A DNA stretch of 64,000 nucleotides from Candidatus Zixiibacteriota bacterium (GCA_043819555.1 JBDREQ010000031.1:31233-95232), one strand, 5' to 3'. Positions 31,147 to 42,925 are shown, counted from the first letter of the stretch. Notes: a model not told the origin generated them from the sequence alone. Program-made: numbers and translations.

Positions 31147-32385
31147 TTATACCGTTATTTTTCTTTCATAGCTTTTCATTAATATCGCTTCTAGTTCATC
31201 AACGACGCGCTTGATATCATCCTTAGTTAAATTCGGATACATCGGCAGGCTCAAGGCTTTCTCATAGTATATTTCGGTGTTGGGGCAATCGCCCGGCCTG
31301 GTACCGCAGACTCTTTGATAATAAGGTTGGAGGTGAACCGGAATATAATGAACTTGAGTCCCGATGCCCTGGGCGCGAAGTTGATTCATTACTTCGGCCC
31401 GGGAAACGCCCAGTCTTTCAAAATCGATCTGAACGACAAACAGGTGATATGCATTTTCAACTTCAGATTTATTTATCAAAGGCAAAACCTCGCCGTTGGC
31501 AAATTTATCCTGTATTAAACGGCAATAAATGCCGGCCAGCTCACGGCGTTTTTCAAGCGACCAATCCAATCGCTTAAGCTGTTGAATGCCCAGCGCGGCC
31601 TGGATATCGGTCAGCCGGTAATTGAATCCCAGTTCAGTCATTTCATAATACCAGGGATTGGCCATTCCTTCCGGGCTGAGAGCCATATCATCATTAATTT
31701 TCGATTCGCGGGAGATTCCATGATTGCGAAATAGTCTCAACCGATCGGCCATTTCGGGCTGATTGGTTGTAATGGCTCCGCCTTCACCCATGGCAACATG
31801 CTTAACCGGATGGAATGAAAATACGGTCATATCACTATGGGGATTATTGCCAATTAAGTATGTTTTCCCATCATAATTATAAGATGCTCCGATGGCATGG
31901 CAGGCGTCATCGATGACCCAGGCGTCATGATTTTTGGCAAGATCATAAATAGCCGGTAAATCAATCGGTTGGCCGGCAAAATGCACCGGGATAATCGCCT
32001 TTATTTTCTTCTCGGTATCGTTTTTTAATAAGTGTCCAACGCTATCAGGATCGATTAGACCGGTTTCGGGATTAATATCGGCGAAACAAACATCGGCTCC
32101 GACAAATCGAGCGCAGTTGGCCGAGGCGGCAAAAGTATTTGACGATGTAATAACCGCATCTTTAGAACCTATCCCAAGGGAAAGCATACAAAGATGCAAG
32201 GCCGCGGTGCCGCTGGAGCATGCGACCGCCTCCCGGGCTCCGAGTTTGTCGGCCAGAGCATGCTCAAAATCAACAATCGTCGGGCCTTGAGTCAGCCAAT
32301 CTGATTTGAGAACTTCGCATACGGCAGCGATATCATCTTCGGTGACGTGTTGAGTGCCATAAGGCAGAAATTTCTGATTTTCCAT
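31147..32385 (-). CDS. pseC: UDP-4-keto sugar aminotransferase
   Basis: PYG.Q, LTQGP, DACHA, SFHPVK, GFNYRLTDIQAALG. Confidence 0.95.
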   Translation of the reverse strand: MENQKFLPYGTQHVTEDDIAAVCEVLKSDWLTQGPTIVDFEHALADKLGAREAVACSSGTAALHLCMLSLGIGSKDAVITSSNTFAASANCARFVGADVCFADINPETGLIDPDSVGHLLKNDTEKKIKAIIPVHFAGQPIDLPAIYDLAKNHDAWVIDDACHAIGASYNYDGKTYLIGNNPHSDMTVFSFHPVKHVAMGEGGAITTNQPEMADRLRLFRNHGISRESKINDDMALSPEGMANPWYYEMTELGFNYRLTDIQAALGIQQLKRLDWSLEKRRELAGIYCRLIQDKFANGEVLPLINKSEVENAYHLFVVQIDFERLGVSRAEVMNQLRAQGIGTQVHYIPVHLQPYYQRVCGTRPGDCPNTEIYYEKALSLPMYPNLTKDDIKRVVDELEAILMKSYERKITV

Positions 32386-32386
32386 A

Positions 32387-33547
<1,161 letters not shown>

Positions 33548-33567
33548 TCAGAATTTTTGTCTCATGT

Positions 33568-35952
33568 TTACAGGCGATCAATGATTAAGAATGAAGTCGC
33601 CACTCCGGTTAATATTGATAGGCTGGTTGTGATGAATTTGAACCAGTCCTTATCTTTTTTGATTTCCGCCGGAACGACAATGACATCACCCAGATCTACT
33701 TTTTTCTTGAGAACGCCGTTGGAGGCGTAAACGCGCCCGTTAGCTTTAATCAGACGGGTCTCGCCCTTATCAGCCCGTTTGGTAAATCCCCCTGCTTTTT
33801 GGAGATACTCCTTAACTCGCAGACCATCCTGATACTTGATTGTACCATTGGCGCAGATTTCCCCTAAAACCGGAATCCCGGTTGGCGTTTCGGGGACATG
33901 GATATAGTCACCGGCCTGTAATTTAAAATCACCCTGTGCGCCATTTGTCTTAAGCAACAGATCCATATCAAGGATTATGCGGTCCATGCTGTTTGGCCTC
34001 AAACCAATAATTTTTTGCTGATGAATTTCGCCCATAGAATCGGCGACAAGAGGCTGTGAATTGTTAATGATGCCCTCAATATCTTTGCGGAGCAGATCTT
34101 CGACGATAGCGGGACGTTTGCATATCGTTCCTGTCGGGAAAGCCTTGTCGGTAAATCCTCCGGCCCGCATGAGCAATTCCCAAAAAGTTTCATCGCGATG
34201 AGTCAGCGTATAAACTCCCGGAAATTTGACTTCGCCTTCAATCGCCACCGTACGGTGCAGTTGATAACCGGGAATTTTGCGAACAAATAGATGATCGTTT
34301 TCCTGAAGTTGAAATTGCTGATGAGAGTCGTTATAAAGATGAATATTAATTATCTCGGTGTTGCCCAAAGTGTCAATACGAGCCAGCTCCGCCTCAAGCA
34401 TATAGGCGCTGGCTTTAAGATTTCCGGCATGAAATATTAAATCAGAAATCGTCATGTTCTTATAAAGCGGATAACGGCCCGGTTTTTGCACCAGACCGTC
34501 AATATCGATAAATTTCCTTCGTTCGATATTGGCAACGTCAAAAACTTCGAGAGAATCAAGATCGGCCAGTTGAATATCCGCGGCAGTATCGCCATTCATG
34601 ACCGCCCGAAGATTAACGGCGATAATCTCGCGCTGCCCTTCCGGCGTCCGGCGATACAAATCAGCCCTCTCGAGAAATACATTATTCGGCCGGAGTTGGC
34701 ATTTGTCGATTAAATCCGATATTTTCATTAATTCTGTGCGTTGGTATGTTCCCGGATGTTTGACCATCCCTGTTGCCCAGACCAGATTTTGCCGCATTTT
34801 GAAAATACTAAAGACCGATAAGTCATCGCCATCAGCGAGGGTCAAATCGTTTTTGTCAGTTTCAGTAAAATTTATATCCATGATTTTACGGGAGTCATCA
34901 TCAGAAACCCGATCGAGCATCAGTCTTTCCATAAAGGCATGTGCGGTTGGACCGCCGGCGAGAGTGAATAAATCGGAGATGCACTCGTTATCAATTAATT
35001 CATAAATGGCGGGTCGTTTGACTTCGCCTCGAATTGTAACCTGGGGACCGACCAGCGGCACAAAAACAACATCTCCGGATAAAAGAGGCGCGTCGCAACT
35101 CTTATCACCGCTGACGAGGAAATCATAGAGGTCAATAGTCTTTTGTTTTTTATCCCGAATTAATTTTATCTGTCGCAGGGAGCCATTATTAGTCGGTCCA
35201 CCGGCCCTATATAAAGCGTTAAAAAGTGTCGAAAGAGCCGAGACCGCATAGCCTCCGGGAGAATATACTTCACCGAAAATAAAAACTTTTATGGTGCGGA
35301 TTTTGCCGATTGTGACCTTGCGCTTGAAGCCAGTGTAAACTTTTGAGATTTCATTATCAAGCTGCTTTTCAAACTCGGTCGGTGTCAATCCCCATGCGGT
35401 AATTTCGCCAACCTTGGGGATAAATACTTTGCCTTCGCGATCGACCGTAAGGTTCCATTCCTGCTGAACCCGTCCCCAAAGATTGATGATTATATTATCG
35501 CCCGGGCCCAAAAGATAATCATCCGGAATCGAGGCTTCATTTATTTCCCCTATTCTGGTATTGGTAAACAGATCATAACCGAAACGCCGTATTTGGTTTT
35601 TATCCGGAAAGGTCAATTGGTCGTTCGGATTATTAGAAATAACATTCGGTGTCCCTTCACCGCCGGCGACTTCATCTCCGCGATTATCCCGCTCTTTTCT
35701 TTTCTCTTCTTCCTGAAGCCTCAATATTTCCTGCTGGACGTTTTCGTCAGACGTCTCACCGCTTCCTTCAAATATGGATGGTGATTTGTAAGTCTGATTG
35801 CCGGGATTAACGGGTTGAGGATTTTTCTTTTTTAGCTCCTGATATGCCTTGATTTGCTCAGGAGTAGGATTTTCCTGGGCAAAGCCATGCTTCAGCCAAT
35901 TAATACATATAAGCACAATGACTAAAGCGGCAATTAATAGCTTTCTCTTCAT
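33568..35952 (-). CDS. SLBB-domain polysaccharide export protein (KpsD/OtnA/Wza-like)
   Basis: Signal peptide, DDYLLGPGD Poly_export motif, several GEV..PG.Y / AGG SLBB repeats; ATG at 35952 with GGAAGG SD. Confidence 0.9.
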   Translation of the reverse strand: MKRKLLIAALVIVLICINWLKHGFAQENPTPEQIKAYQELKKKNPQPVNPGNQTYKSPSIFEGSGETSDENVQQEILRLQEEEKRKERDNRGDEVAGGEGTPNVISNNPNDQLTFPDKNQIRRFGYDLFTNTRIGEINEASIPDDYLLGPGDNIIINLWGRVQQEWNLTVDREGKVFIPKVGEITAWGLTPTEFEKQLDNEISKVYTGFKRKVTIGKIRTIKVFIFGEVYSPGGYAVSALSTLFNALYRAGGPTNNGSLRQIKLIRDKKQKTIDLYDFLVSGDKSCDAPLLSGDVVFVPLVGPQVTIRGEVKRPAIYELIDNECISDLFTLAGGPTAHAFMERLMLDRVSDDDSRKIMDINFTETDKNDLTLADGDDLSVFSIFKMRQNLVWATGMVKHPGTYQRTELMKISDLIDKCQLRPNNVFLERADLYRRTPEGQREIIAVNLRAVMNGDTAADIQLADLDSLEVFDVANIERRKFIDIDGLVQKPGRYPLYKNMTISDLIFHAGNLKASAYMLEAELARIDTLGNTEIINIHLYNDSHQQFQLQENDHLFVRKIPGYQLHRTVAIEGEVKFPGVYTLTHRDETFWELLMRAGGFTDKAFPTGTICKRPAIVEDLLRKDIEGIINNSQPLVADSMGEIHQQKIIGLRPNSMDRIILDMDLLLKTNGAQGDFKLQAGDYIHVPETPTGIPVLGEICANGTIKYQDGLRVKEYLQKAGGFTKRADKGETRLIKANGRVYASNGVLKKKVDLGDVIVVPAEIKKDKDWFKFITTSLSILTGVATSFLIIDRL

Positions 35953-36200
35953 ATTGTTACCTTCCATGGTTTGGCATATGACATGCACCTTTCATGCCGG
36001 AGTGCGACGGAAGTTGTAACTGCTTATTAAACAAGAAGATTAACGAAATAAAATTGTATGTTAAGCGGAGGTTTCCCCTTGCGATGGAAAAAAAATTACA
36101 AAAACTCCGGAAAATAATTCCTATCGATTGAAAAAAAAAGCCGAACACGGCGTCATAGTCTTAGAGGTGTCCTGGTATTATAAAAAAAGACGGCATAGAC

Positions 36201-36229
36201 TTGACAAAAATCGGCGGATATTGTACCTT
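36201..36229 (+). promoter_or_regulatory. Sigma70 promoter of the fadL-like operon
   Basis: TTGACA-N17-TACCTT. Confidence 0.55.
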
Positions 36230-36334
36230 TTCAATTCGTTTCTCCGGCAAACTCGCTAAATAAAGAGTGTATCGGGTTGCGATAAGTAGGTGAGATGGGA
36301 TAATATTTTGTCATCAATAGAGTTGGAGTAGAGG

Positions 36335-37813
36335 ATGAGAAGAACAATGGTCATCTTTTTCTTATGCGTTGGCATTGCCCTTATGACGATATCATCGGTT
36401 TTTGCCGGTGGCATGGGAGTAATGGGTGTTGGCGCCAAGGCCAGTGCGATGGGCGGGACCTTTCGTGCTATTGCCGATGATTGGTCGGCCGCATATTATA
36501 ATCCGGCGGGTTTGTTTTACATGACTGAAAATGAGTTGACAGTTAATGAAGTGATTTCCAATTATCAGCTCAAGTATGCACCCGGCATCAATTACGGCGG
36601 TTATCCGGTTGGTTTTTATCAAGGTGAGATTTACAATCGCTATGAAATTTTGACCAACCCTACCTTGGGAGGATATTTTAAACTTCCGGTTTCCGGGCGA
36701 GATGTTGTATTTGGTTTGGCTATCTTTCAACCCTTTGACCAAAACCTCTCCTGGGAATTGTTTGGATCTCTCAATAATTCGGCCTCGCTTCCGGGGCAAC
36801 AAATCGAGCATAATTTTGACGCAGTCGCATTCAATGTTGTCACGGCAATTGAATTAATGGAAAACAAATTGAGTTTTGGATTATCGGGCGGATTATTAAA
36901 GGGTGATTTGATTTATGGCGGTTTTTTCCTGCGTGATAATCCGGCTGACCCCACCGCTTCATATTATGAACGTGTGGCCAGCCGCCCAAATGATTTGATC
37001 ACGGAATGGCAACATTCTGATGGCAATGGTTTAGGTTTTAATTTACGTTCAGGTCTACTTTTCAAACCGACTGAAAAACTGAATTTGGGTCTGACCTATG
37101 CTCTGCCTTCTTCGGTGACTATCGACGGCGATAGCTATTTCTATTACTATATGCCGGATAACCCATATTATAGGCTTGATGACGATGTTTTGTTTCCAAA
37201 CTCGGCCAATTATATACTTTCTTATGGAGCCGTTTATGAGGCCGAGGGCACCTTTGAAACCGAAGTGAAGCTTCCGGGACAACTTGCGGGCGGTTTTGCG
37301 TTCCAGGTTAATGATAAACTGCTCGTCACAGGCGATATGGAGTTCACATTCTGGTCAGATTTCAAAGGCTACGCTTTTGATTACCAGTTTAGTGATAGCG
37401 GCATTACCTTTAATGATGAGATTAACGCCTGGATGGTTGAGGATATGTCGTTGCCGGTTTATTGGAAAAACACTCTCAGTGGTTCACTGGGATTGCAATA
37501 TGCATACACTGAAAAAATATTCCTTCGGGCCGGCTATGCCGCCGATCAATCACCATTTGAAGTGGGAACCTTGCATCTGGCGTTTTTTGATTCCGGTCTT
37601 AAACACAGCGCAACTCTGGGATTAGGGTTGGTATTCGAAAATGTCCGTCTCGATTTCTCAACAAAATATACAAAATACCCGGAAGCAATCGAAACCGGAA
37701 ATGTCGATTTGGAAGACAGTAATGGCAATCATGACGCTGTTTTTGATAATTTGCCGGGTACTTATTCCGGTTCAGCATTAGAATCAATTGCCCAATTCAC
37801 GGTTCGGTTTTAA
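36335..37813 (+). CDS. OmpP1/FadL/TodX family outer-membrane channel
   Basis: Signal peptide, GAKASAMGG...ADDWSAAYYNPAGL hatch motif, LRAGY, C-terminal Phe. Confidence 0.9.
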   Translation: MRRTMVIFFLCVGIALMTISSVFAGGMGVMGVGAKASAMGGTFRAIADDWSAAYYNPAGLFYMTENELTVNEVISNYQLKYAPGINYGGYPVGFYQGEIYNRYEILTNPTLGGYFKLPVSGRDVVFGLAIFQPFDQNLSWELFGSLNNSASLPGQQIEHNFDAVAFNVVTAIELMENKLSFGLSGGLLKGDLIYGGFFLRDNPADPTASYYERVASRPNDLITEWQHSDGNGLGFNLRSGLLFKPTEKLNLGLTYALPSSVTIDGDSYFYYYMPDNPYYRLDDDVLFPNSANYILSYGAVYEAEGTFETEVKLPGQLAGGFAFQVNDKLLVTGDMEFTFWSDFKGYAFDYQFSDSGITFNDEINAWMVEDMSLPVYWKNTLSGSLGLQYAYTEKIFLRAGYAADQSPFEVGTLHLAFFDSGLKHSATLGLGLVFENVRLDFSTKYTKYPEAIETGNVDLEDSNGNHDAVFDNLPGTYSGSALESIAQFTVRF

Positions 37814-37824
37814 GGGAGAATGAG

Positions 37825-39117
37825 ATGAAATTCAAATTATTGGCATTAGTTTTTGGTGTTATACTCACCATCGCATTCCTTGCCGGATGTACCGATAAAA
37901 CGAAAGATAATCCGACCAGATCAATAATCACGGAAAAGGGATTGCTCTGGAATTGGCCGATGCAATTCGAAAGCATTTTGACTTCGACTGTATTTGATGC
38001 CACGACTGAAAACCCAAGCGTTCGGGGCGTTCATATTTATACCCCGCCGGGATATAATTGGCAGGCTCAGGGACGGCCGTATCCGGTCTTATACTTATTG
38101 TCTCCCTTCCAGGCCAATGATCTCTATTATAGCGAACATGGCCTGGTGGAAACCGCTGATCGTTTGCTTAGCGAAGGCAAGATTCAACCGATGATAATCG
38201 TTTGTTTTGATGGGCGGTCTCTTTTGGGTGGATCATTCTATACCAATTCCATCAGGCAGGGCAATTACTTTACGGCCCTGTTCCATGATACATCTTACAT
38301 AGATATAGAATGGCGGGGTCTTAACGATACCGGATTAGTCAGTATATTCAGCAAGGGACTGGTTAATCGGGTGGATCTGGCATATTCCACGATTCAGGAT
38401 AAAGGCGCTCGCGCTATTGGCGGTGTGGGCATGGGCGGTTATGGAGCTTTTGCCGCCGCGATCCAAACCGACCTGTTCAGCTCGGTATCAGCCGTAAATG
38501 CTCCTCTTGATTTTGATGGCAGCGGGAATGGCGGTTTTAAGACAATTATAGAGAATGAAATCTCAACCGTGTGGCCGCTCGATACTTCCCTATCCGATCC
38601 AAAGACATCATTGATAGTCTCCGCGTCATCGGCTTTTTCTCCGCATGTGACTGCGATTGATAGTATCTTTTATTTCACCAGTCAGGTTTCTCAGGCTCGC
38701 ACTTTTGGATATATTACAGGAGATACTCTGACTGATGATTTGAAATCATATTTGCCCAGACATCAATCGCATGCCCCGATTGATTCAACCGGAACATTTG
38801 ATACTTACATCTGGGGATTGTGGATGGCTCATAATATCGATTCGCTTTATATCAACGACCCGGAAGGTTTCTCGGCACAATTTACCAATATGCCGAAATA
38901 TCTGGTTACTTCCGACGAAGCGAAATTCCATTATGATGAACAGATGTCAGCTTTTATAGATTTCTTAAATAGCAATGGAATGTCCAGTACTTTTCAACAT
39001 GAGGTATTCGAAGGCAATGGCGAATTGCCGGCAACCGCCGAAAACTACCTTTATGATCTTCTGGAAGATATCCTGATATTCCATTCTGATAATTTTGATA
39101 TTCCGGATGATTTATAA
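37825..39117 (+). CDS. Esterase-family alpha/beta-hydrolase lipoprotein lacking the nucleophile Ser
   Basis: Lipobox LAGC; IYTPPGY...YPVLYLL, PMIIV, GSFY.NS, RAIGGVGMGGYGA. Confidence 0.8.
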   Translation: MKFKLLALVFGVILTIAFLAGCTDKTKDNPTRSIITEKGLLWNWPMQFESILTSTVFDATTENPSVRGVHIYTPPGYNWQAQGRPYPVLYLLSPFQANDLYYSEHGLVETADRLLSEGKIQPMIIVCFDGRSLLGGSFYTNSIRQGNYFTALFHDTSYIDIEWRGLNDTGLVSIFSKGLVNRVDLAYSTIQDKGARAIGGVGMGGYGAFAAAIQTDLFSSVSAVNAPLDFDGSGNGGFKTIIENEISTVWPLDTSLSDPKTSLIVSASSAFSPHVTAIDSIFYFTSQVSQARTFGYITGDTLTDDLKSYLPRHQSHAPIDSTGTFDTYIWGLWMAHNIDSLYINDPEGFSAQFTNMPKYLVTSDEAKFHYDEQMSAFIDFLNSNGMSSTFQHEVFEGNGELPATAENYLYDLLEDILIFHSDNFDIPDDL

Positions 39118-39147
39118 GACTGATAAATAGTTATTCGAAAATTAAGG

Positions 39148-39183
39148 GTTGGGCCGGAAAGAATATTCTTTTCGGCCCTTTTT
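39148..39183 (+). terminator. Intrinsic terminator
   Basis: GGGCCGGAAAGAAT-ATTCTTTTCGGCCC followed by a T-run. Confidence 0.75.
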
Positions 39184-39189
39184 CTTACG

Positions 39190-39903
39190 ATGAAAGAATA
39201 TGATATAATTTCGATCGGCGCCCACCCGGATGATGTAGAAGTCGGGACGGGAGGCATCATTATTAAGCTGACCGAGAAAAACTACAGGGCTGGTATAATC
39301 TACTTGACCGCCGGTGAAATGGGTACCGGTGGCGAAGCCGAAGAGCGAAGCCGTGAAGCCGAAGATGCTGCCAGATTAATGGGCGCGGATTTGCTCAAAA
39401 CATACGATTGGGGAGATACTTCGCTCGCCGACAGTTATGATAAACGCCTGGCGTTGGCGCGAGATATAAGAGACTATAAGCCTTCGGTAATTTTGTGTCC
39501 GGCGCCATGGAAAGGGCATGGCCGAAGGCAATCGCATTCGGACCATGTCGCCTGCGGAGAAATAAGTATTAATGCCGCCAATCTGGCGTCGCTTAAGAAA
39601 GTTCCTATTGAGGGAGTACCGTATCAGGTTAATCGGATCTTTTACTATTTTCTGCCCCCCGGGATGAATCCTGATTTTGTAGTTGATATAAGCGATGAAT
39701 TCGATAAATGGTTGGAAGCCTTAAAATGCCATAAAAGCCAGTTTCTCAATCCTGAAAAATCACGCGATTATATTTGGGCGCTTGAGAGTCTGGTGCGTCA
39801 TTATGGCATGTTGGCCGGTGTAAAATATGGTCAGGGTTTTAAAAGCGACCAAACGCTTTTGGTAAATAATATTATGGATTTGGCTAAAGGACACAGATTC
39901 TAA
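39190..39903 (+). CDS. PIG-L family deacetylase, BshB1-like
   Basis: GAHPDDVE, LTAGEMGT, R..EA..AA, HSDH, PDFVVDIS, HKSQF. Confidence 0.85.
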   Translation: MKEYDIISIGAHPDDVEVGTGGIIIKLTEKNYRAGIIYLTAGEMGTGGEAEERSREAEDAARLMGADLLKTYDWGDTSLADSYDKRLALARDIRDYKPSVILCPAPWKGHGRRQSHSDHVACGEISINAANLASLKKVPIEGVPYQVNRIFYYFLPPGMNPDFVVDISDEFDKWLEALKCHKSQFLNPEKSRDYIWALESLVRHYGMLAGVKYGQGFKSDQTLLVNNIMDLAKGHRF

Positions 39904-40042
39904 TCGGACCGAAGAAGGATAAATCCGCAGAACTGAAACAAGGCAAAATGCCCATCGCAATTCGAATAATAAATGGCCAAAAAGCGGCCAAACGGCGAAT
40001 GCAATTCATTGTTTCACAATGAATTAGGGGTATAGAAATTGC

Positions 40043-40071
40043 TTGACAGACGTGAACCAATTGCTTAGCTT
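40043..40071 (+). promoter_or_regulatory. Sigma70 promoter of the yceD-rpmF-plsX-fab operon
   Basis: TTGACA-N17-TAGCTT, ending 8 nt before the ATG at 40080. Confidence 0.6.
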
Positions 40072-40079
40072 GATAGGCT

Positions 40080-40619
40080 ATGAAACTGAATTTGAATAAT
40101 ATAGATACCTTCCCTGCCCATGTAGTTCTTCATGGCGAAGCCGGTGATTTGAGACTGGAGGGATATCGCGAGTTGGTTGAAACAAATTCTTTTCAGGTCG
40201 AAATGGATATTTTCCTGAGCGATAATATTTATTATTGTCAAGGTCAGGTTAAATGTGATGCCAAAATGGAATGTTCTCGATGCCTGGAGGCTTATCCTGT
40301 GTCTCTAAATGGCAGAATCGATTTTTCGATTCAGGAACTTTCCGATAAACATCCGGTTGATACAGATGAAGTTCCGGAAAGCGAAATAATGTTGACATCC
40401 GGAACCAAAGAAGTAGATATCAGCCAGCCGATTCGCGAAGCCTTAATTCTGGAGATACCATTAAAACCGATTTGTGCTGACTCATGTCGCGGTCTTTGCC
40501 CTCTCTGCGGCGGCAACAAGAATGTTCATCCATGTGACTGCCGGTTAGAGAGCGCGGATTCGAGATGGGACGGTTTGAAAGATTTATTAGTAGATCAGCA
40601 AAACTCAGAAAATAATTGA
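40080..40619 (+). CDS. yceD: YceD/DUF177 protein
   Basis: CSRCL, P.KPIC..SCRGLCPLCG, C.C, D.RW..L; upstream of rpmF. Confidence 0.92.
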   Translation: MKLNLNNIDTFPAHVVLHGEAGDLRLEGYRELVETNSFQVEMDIFLSDNIYYCQGQVKCDAKMECSRCLEAYPVSLNGRIDFSIQELSDKHPVDTDEVPESEIMLTSGTKEVDISQPIREALILEIPLKPICADSCRGLCPLCGGNKNVHPCDCRLESADSRWDGLKDLLVDQQNSENN

Positions 40620-40628
40620 GGAGAGATT

Positions 40629-40805
40629 ATGGCACTACCAAAAAGGAGACATTCACGAGCTCGAGGTCGCAAGCGCCGGACACACTGGAAATTGGATCCG
40701 CCGACCATTGCCGATTGTCCGCAATGTCACCAGCCCAAATTGTCGCATCACATCTGTCCCAATTGCGGCTTTTATAAGGGTGAAGAAGTCCTTGAAGTCA
40801 AATAA
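40629..40805 (+). CDS. rpmF: 50S ribosomal protein L32 (58 aa, not in the ORF track)
   Basis: Manual translation MALPKRRHSRARGRKRRTHWKL...CPQC...HHICPNCGFYKG; GAGGAG SD. Confidence 0.98.
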   Translation: MALPKRRHSRARGRKRRTHWKLDPPTIADCPQCHQPKLSHHICPNCGFYKGEEVLEVK

Positions 40806-40831
40806 CACGGTAAATAATCAGGCCCATCATT

Positions 40832-41917
40832 ATGCCTGAAAAGACGGGGATAAAAATAGCGCTTGATGTTATGGGCACCGACAGCGGCCCCGGAAATATT
40901 ATTGCCGGAGGCGTCGAGGCGGCGCGCAAATTTGGATCGGATATAAGGATTATTTTAGTTGGCCGGCAAGACATCATAAGAAGCGAGTTAAAAAAGCTGC
41001 GTGATGTCCCGACTAATCTCGATATTCACCACGCCGAAGGGGTCGTCACTATGGAGGATCCTCCGGCTGACGCGATTCGCCGTTCGGGAACTTCAATTGC
41101 CGAAGCATTCCGGCTCCATAAGGAAGGACAAGTCAACGCCGTGGTTTCACCGGGAAATACCGGCGCCGTTATGGGTACAGCCGTTTTGCAACTGGGGCGT
41201 CTGCGGGAAGTTCGCCGTCCCGCCATCGCATCGTTTTTCCCAACGATTCACAGCAGCCAAACCGTTGTTCTGGATGTCGGGGCCAATTCCTCTTGCAAGC
41301 CGATCCATTTGTATCAATTTGCTATCATGGGTACGATTGTGGCCAAGTCAATGATGCATAGGAAAAATCCTCAGGTCGGTTTGTTGTCTATCGGTGAAGA
41401 AAAAAGCAAGGGTAATGAACTGATTGTCAGCACTTATCCTCTTTTGAAAAATAATAAAGCCTTGAATTTTATAGGTAATATCGAAGGCCGCGATATTCTG
41501 ATGGGAAATGCCGACGTCGTTGTCACCGATGGTTTTGTGGGCAACATCGTACTCAAATTTGCCGAATCGGTTGAAGGTTTTTTAACAACTTTATTGCGCC
41601 GACAGGTTTCGACAAATGTCTTTTCACGGTGCGGCGCGCTGCTGATGTATCCGTTTTTGAGGCGTTTGCGCAAAGCCTTTGATTACGCCGAATATGGCGG
41701 GGCGCCTTTATTAGGAATTAACGGCGTCTGTTTGATTTGCCACGGGGATTCTTCGGCGAGGGCAATTATAAGCGCTTTAATGGTTGCTCGAGACATGGTG
41801 TCGTTCCAGGTGAACAGAAAAATAGAGGCGGTTTTGACAGCTGGACAGAACGGAGATAATGAAGCCGTTGATTATAATATAAACGGCGAATCGCTATCTA
41901 AGAAGTTGCAAAGTTAA
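40832..41917 (+). CDS. plsX: Phosphate acyltransferase
   Basis: IALDVMG.D, GNTGA, RPAI, LDVGAN, DGFVGN, GGAPLLG. Confidence 0.97.
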   Translation: MPEKTGIKIALDVMGTDSGPGNIIAGGVEAARKFGSDIRIILVGRQDIIRSELKKLRDVPTNLDIHHAEGVVTMEDPPADAIRRSGTSIAEAFRLHKEGQVNAVVSPGNTGAVMGTAVLQLGRLREVRRPAIASFFPTIHSSQTVVLDVGANSSCKPIHLYQFAIMGTIVAKSMMHRKNPQVGLLSIGEEKSKGNELIVSTYPLLKNNKALNFIGNIEGRDILMGNADVVVTDGFVGNIVLKFAESVEGFLTTLLRRQVSTNVFSRCGALLMYPFLRRLRKAFDYAEYGGAPLLGINGVCLICHGDSSARAIISALMVARDMVSFQVNRKIEAVLTAGQNGDNEAVDYNINGESLSKKLQS

Positions 41918-41935
41918 ATTGGATGATATAAACTA

Positions 41936-42919
41936 ATGCTAAGAGCAAAAATTATCGGAACCGGATCGTACACGCCGGATAAGATATTGACCAATCAGGA
42001 TTTTGAAAAGATGGTTGATACTTCCGATGAATGGATAAAGAGTCGGACGGGAATATCCGAACGACATGTGGCTGTTAAGGGTCAGGTAACTTCAGATTTT
42101 TGTGTCGCCGCGGCCAAAAGAGCCCTCGAAATGGCCAATATTGGCGCCGACGATATCGATTTACTTCTCATTGGAACGGTAACACCGGATTATAAACTGC
42201 CTTCATTGGCCTGTGTCGTTCAGAGAAAACTGGGTTTGAAAAACGCGGCTACTATGGATATTGTCGCGGCCTGTTCCGGATTTATTTTTGGCTTATCTAT
42301 TGCCCGCGCTCAAATCATTTCCGGAATTTATAAGAATATCATGGTTATTGGCGCAGAAATGCTTAGTTCGATAACAAACTATGAAGACCGCAATACTTGC
42401 GTTTTATTCGGCGATGCGGCGGGAGCGGCAATTTTGACCGCGACAGAAGAGGATACCGGAATTCTCTCGACCTATATGAAATCGGACGGAAATCTGGGTG
42501 AATTATTATGCATTCCGGCCGGAGGAACTCAAAATCCATTCAGCCGCAATGGTAATACGCCATGGTCCGATTATTTCATTCAAATGCGCGGTAATGAAAT
42601 CTTTAAGCATGCCGTGCGGCATATGGGCGACGCCGCTGAAAGGGTCATCAGTGAAGCCGGGATGACTTGCGAGCAAATCGACTGGTTGATTCCTCATCAG
42701 GCCAATATCCGAATTATCAAGGCCACGGCCGATCGCGTCGGGATACCGATGGAAAAAGTTTTTATGAATATAGAAAAATACGGCAACACTTCGGCCGCGT
42801 CGGTGCCGCTTGCTCTTGATCAAGCGGTTCGAACAGGTGTGGTAAAAACCGGTGATAACATTGTCAGTGTTGCTTTCGGGGGCGGTTTAACATGGGGAGC
42901 GGTTCTATTCCGCTGGTAG
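41936..42919 (+). CDS. fabH: 3-oxoacyl-ACP synthase III
   Basis: AACSGF, PHQAN, GNTSAAS. Confidence 0.97.
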   Translation: MLRAKIIGTGSYTPDKILTNQDFEKMVDTSDEWIKSRTGISERHVAVKGQVTSDFCVAAAKRALEMANIGADDIDLLLIGTVTPDYKLPSLACVVQRKLGLKNAATMDIVAACSGFIFGLSIARAQIISGIYKNIMVIGAEMLSSITNYEDRNTCVLFGDAAGAAILTATEEDTGILSTYMKSDGNLGELLCIPAGGTQNPFSRNGNTPWSDYFIQMRGNEIFKHAVRHMGDAAERVISEAGMTCEQIDWLIPHQANIRIIKATADRVGIPMEKVFMNIEKYGNTSAASVPLALDQAVRTGVVKTGDNIVSVAFGGGLTWGAVLFRW

Positions 42920-42925
42920 GAGAAC

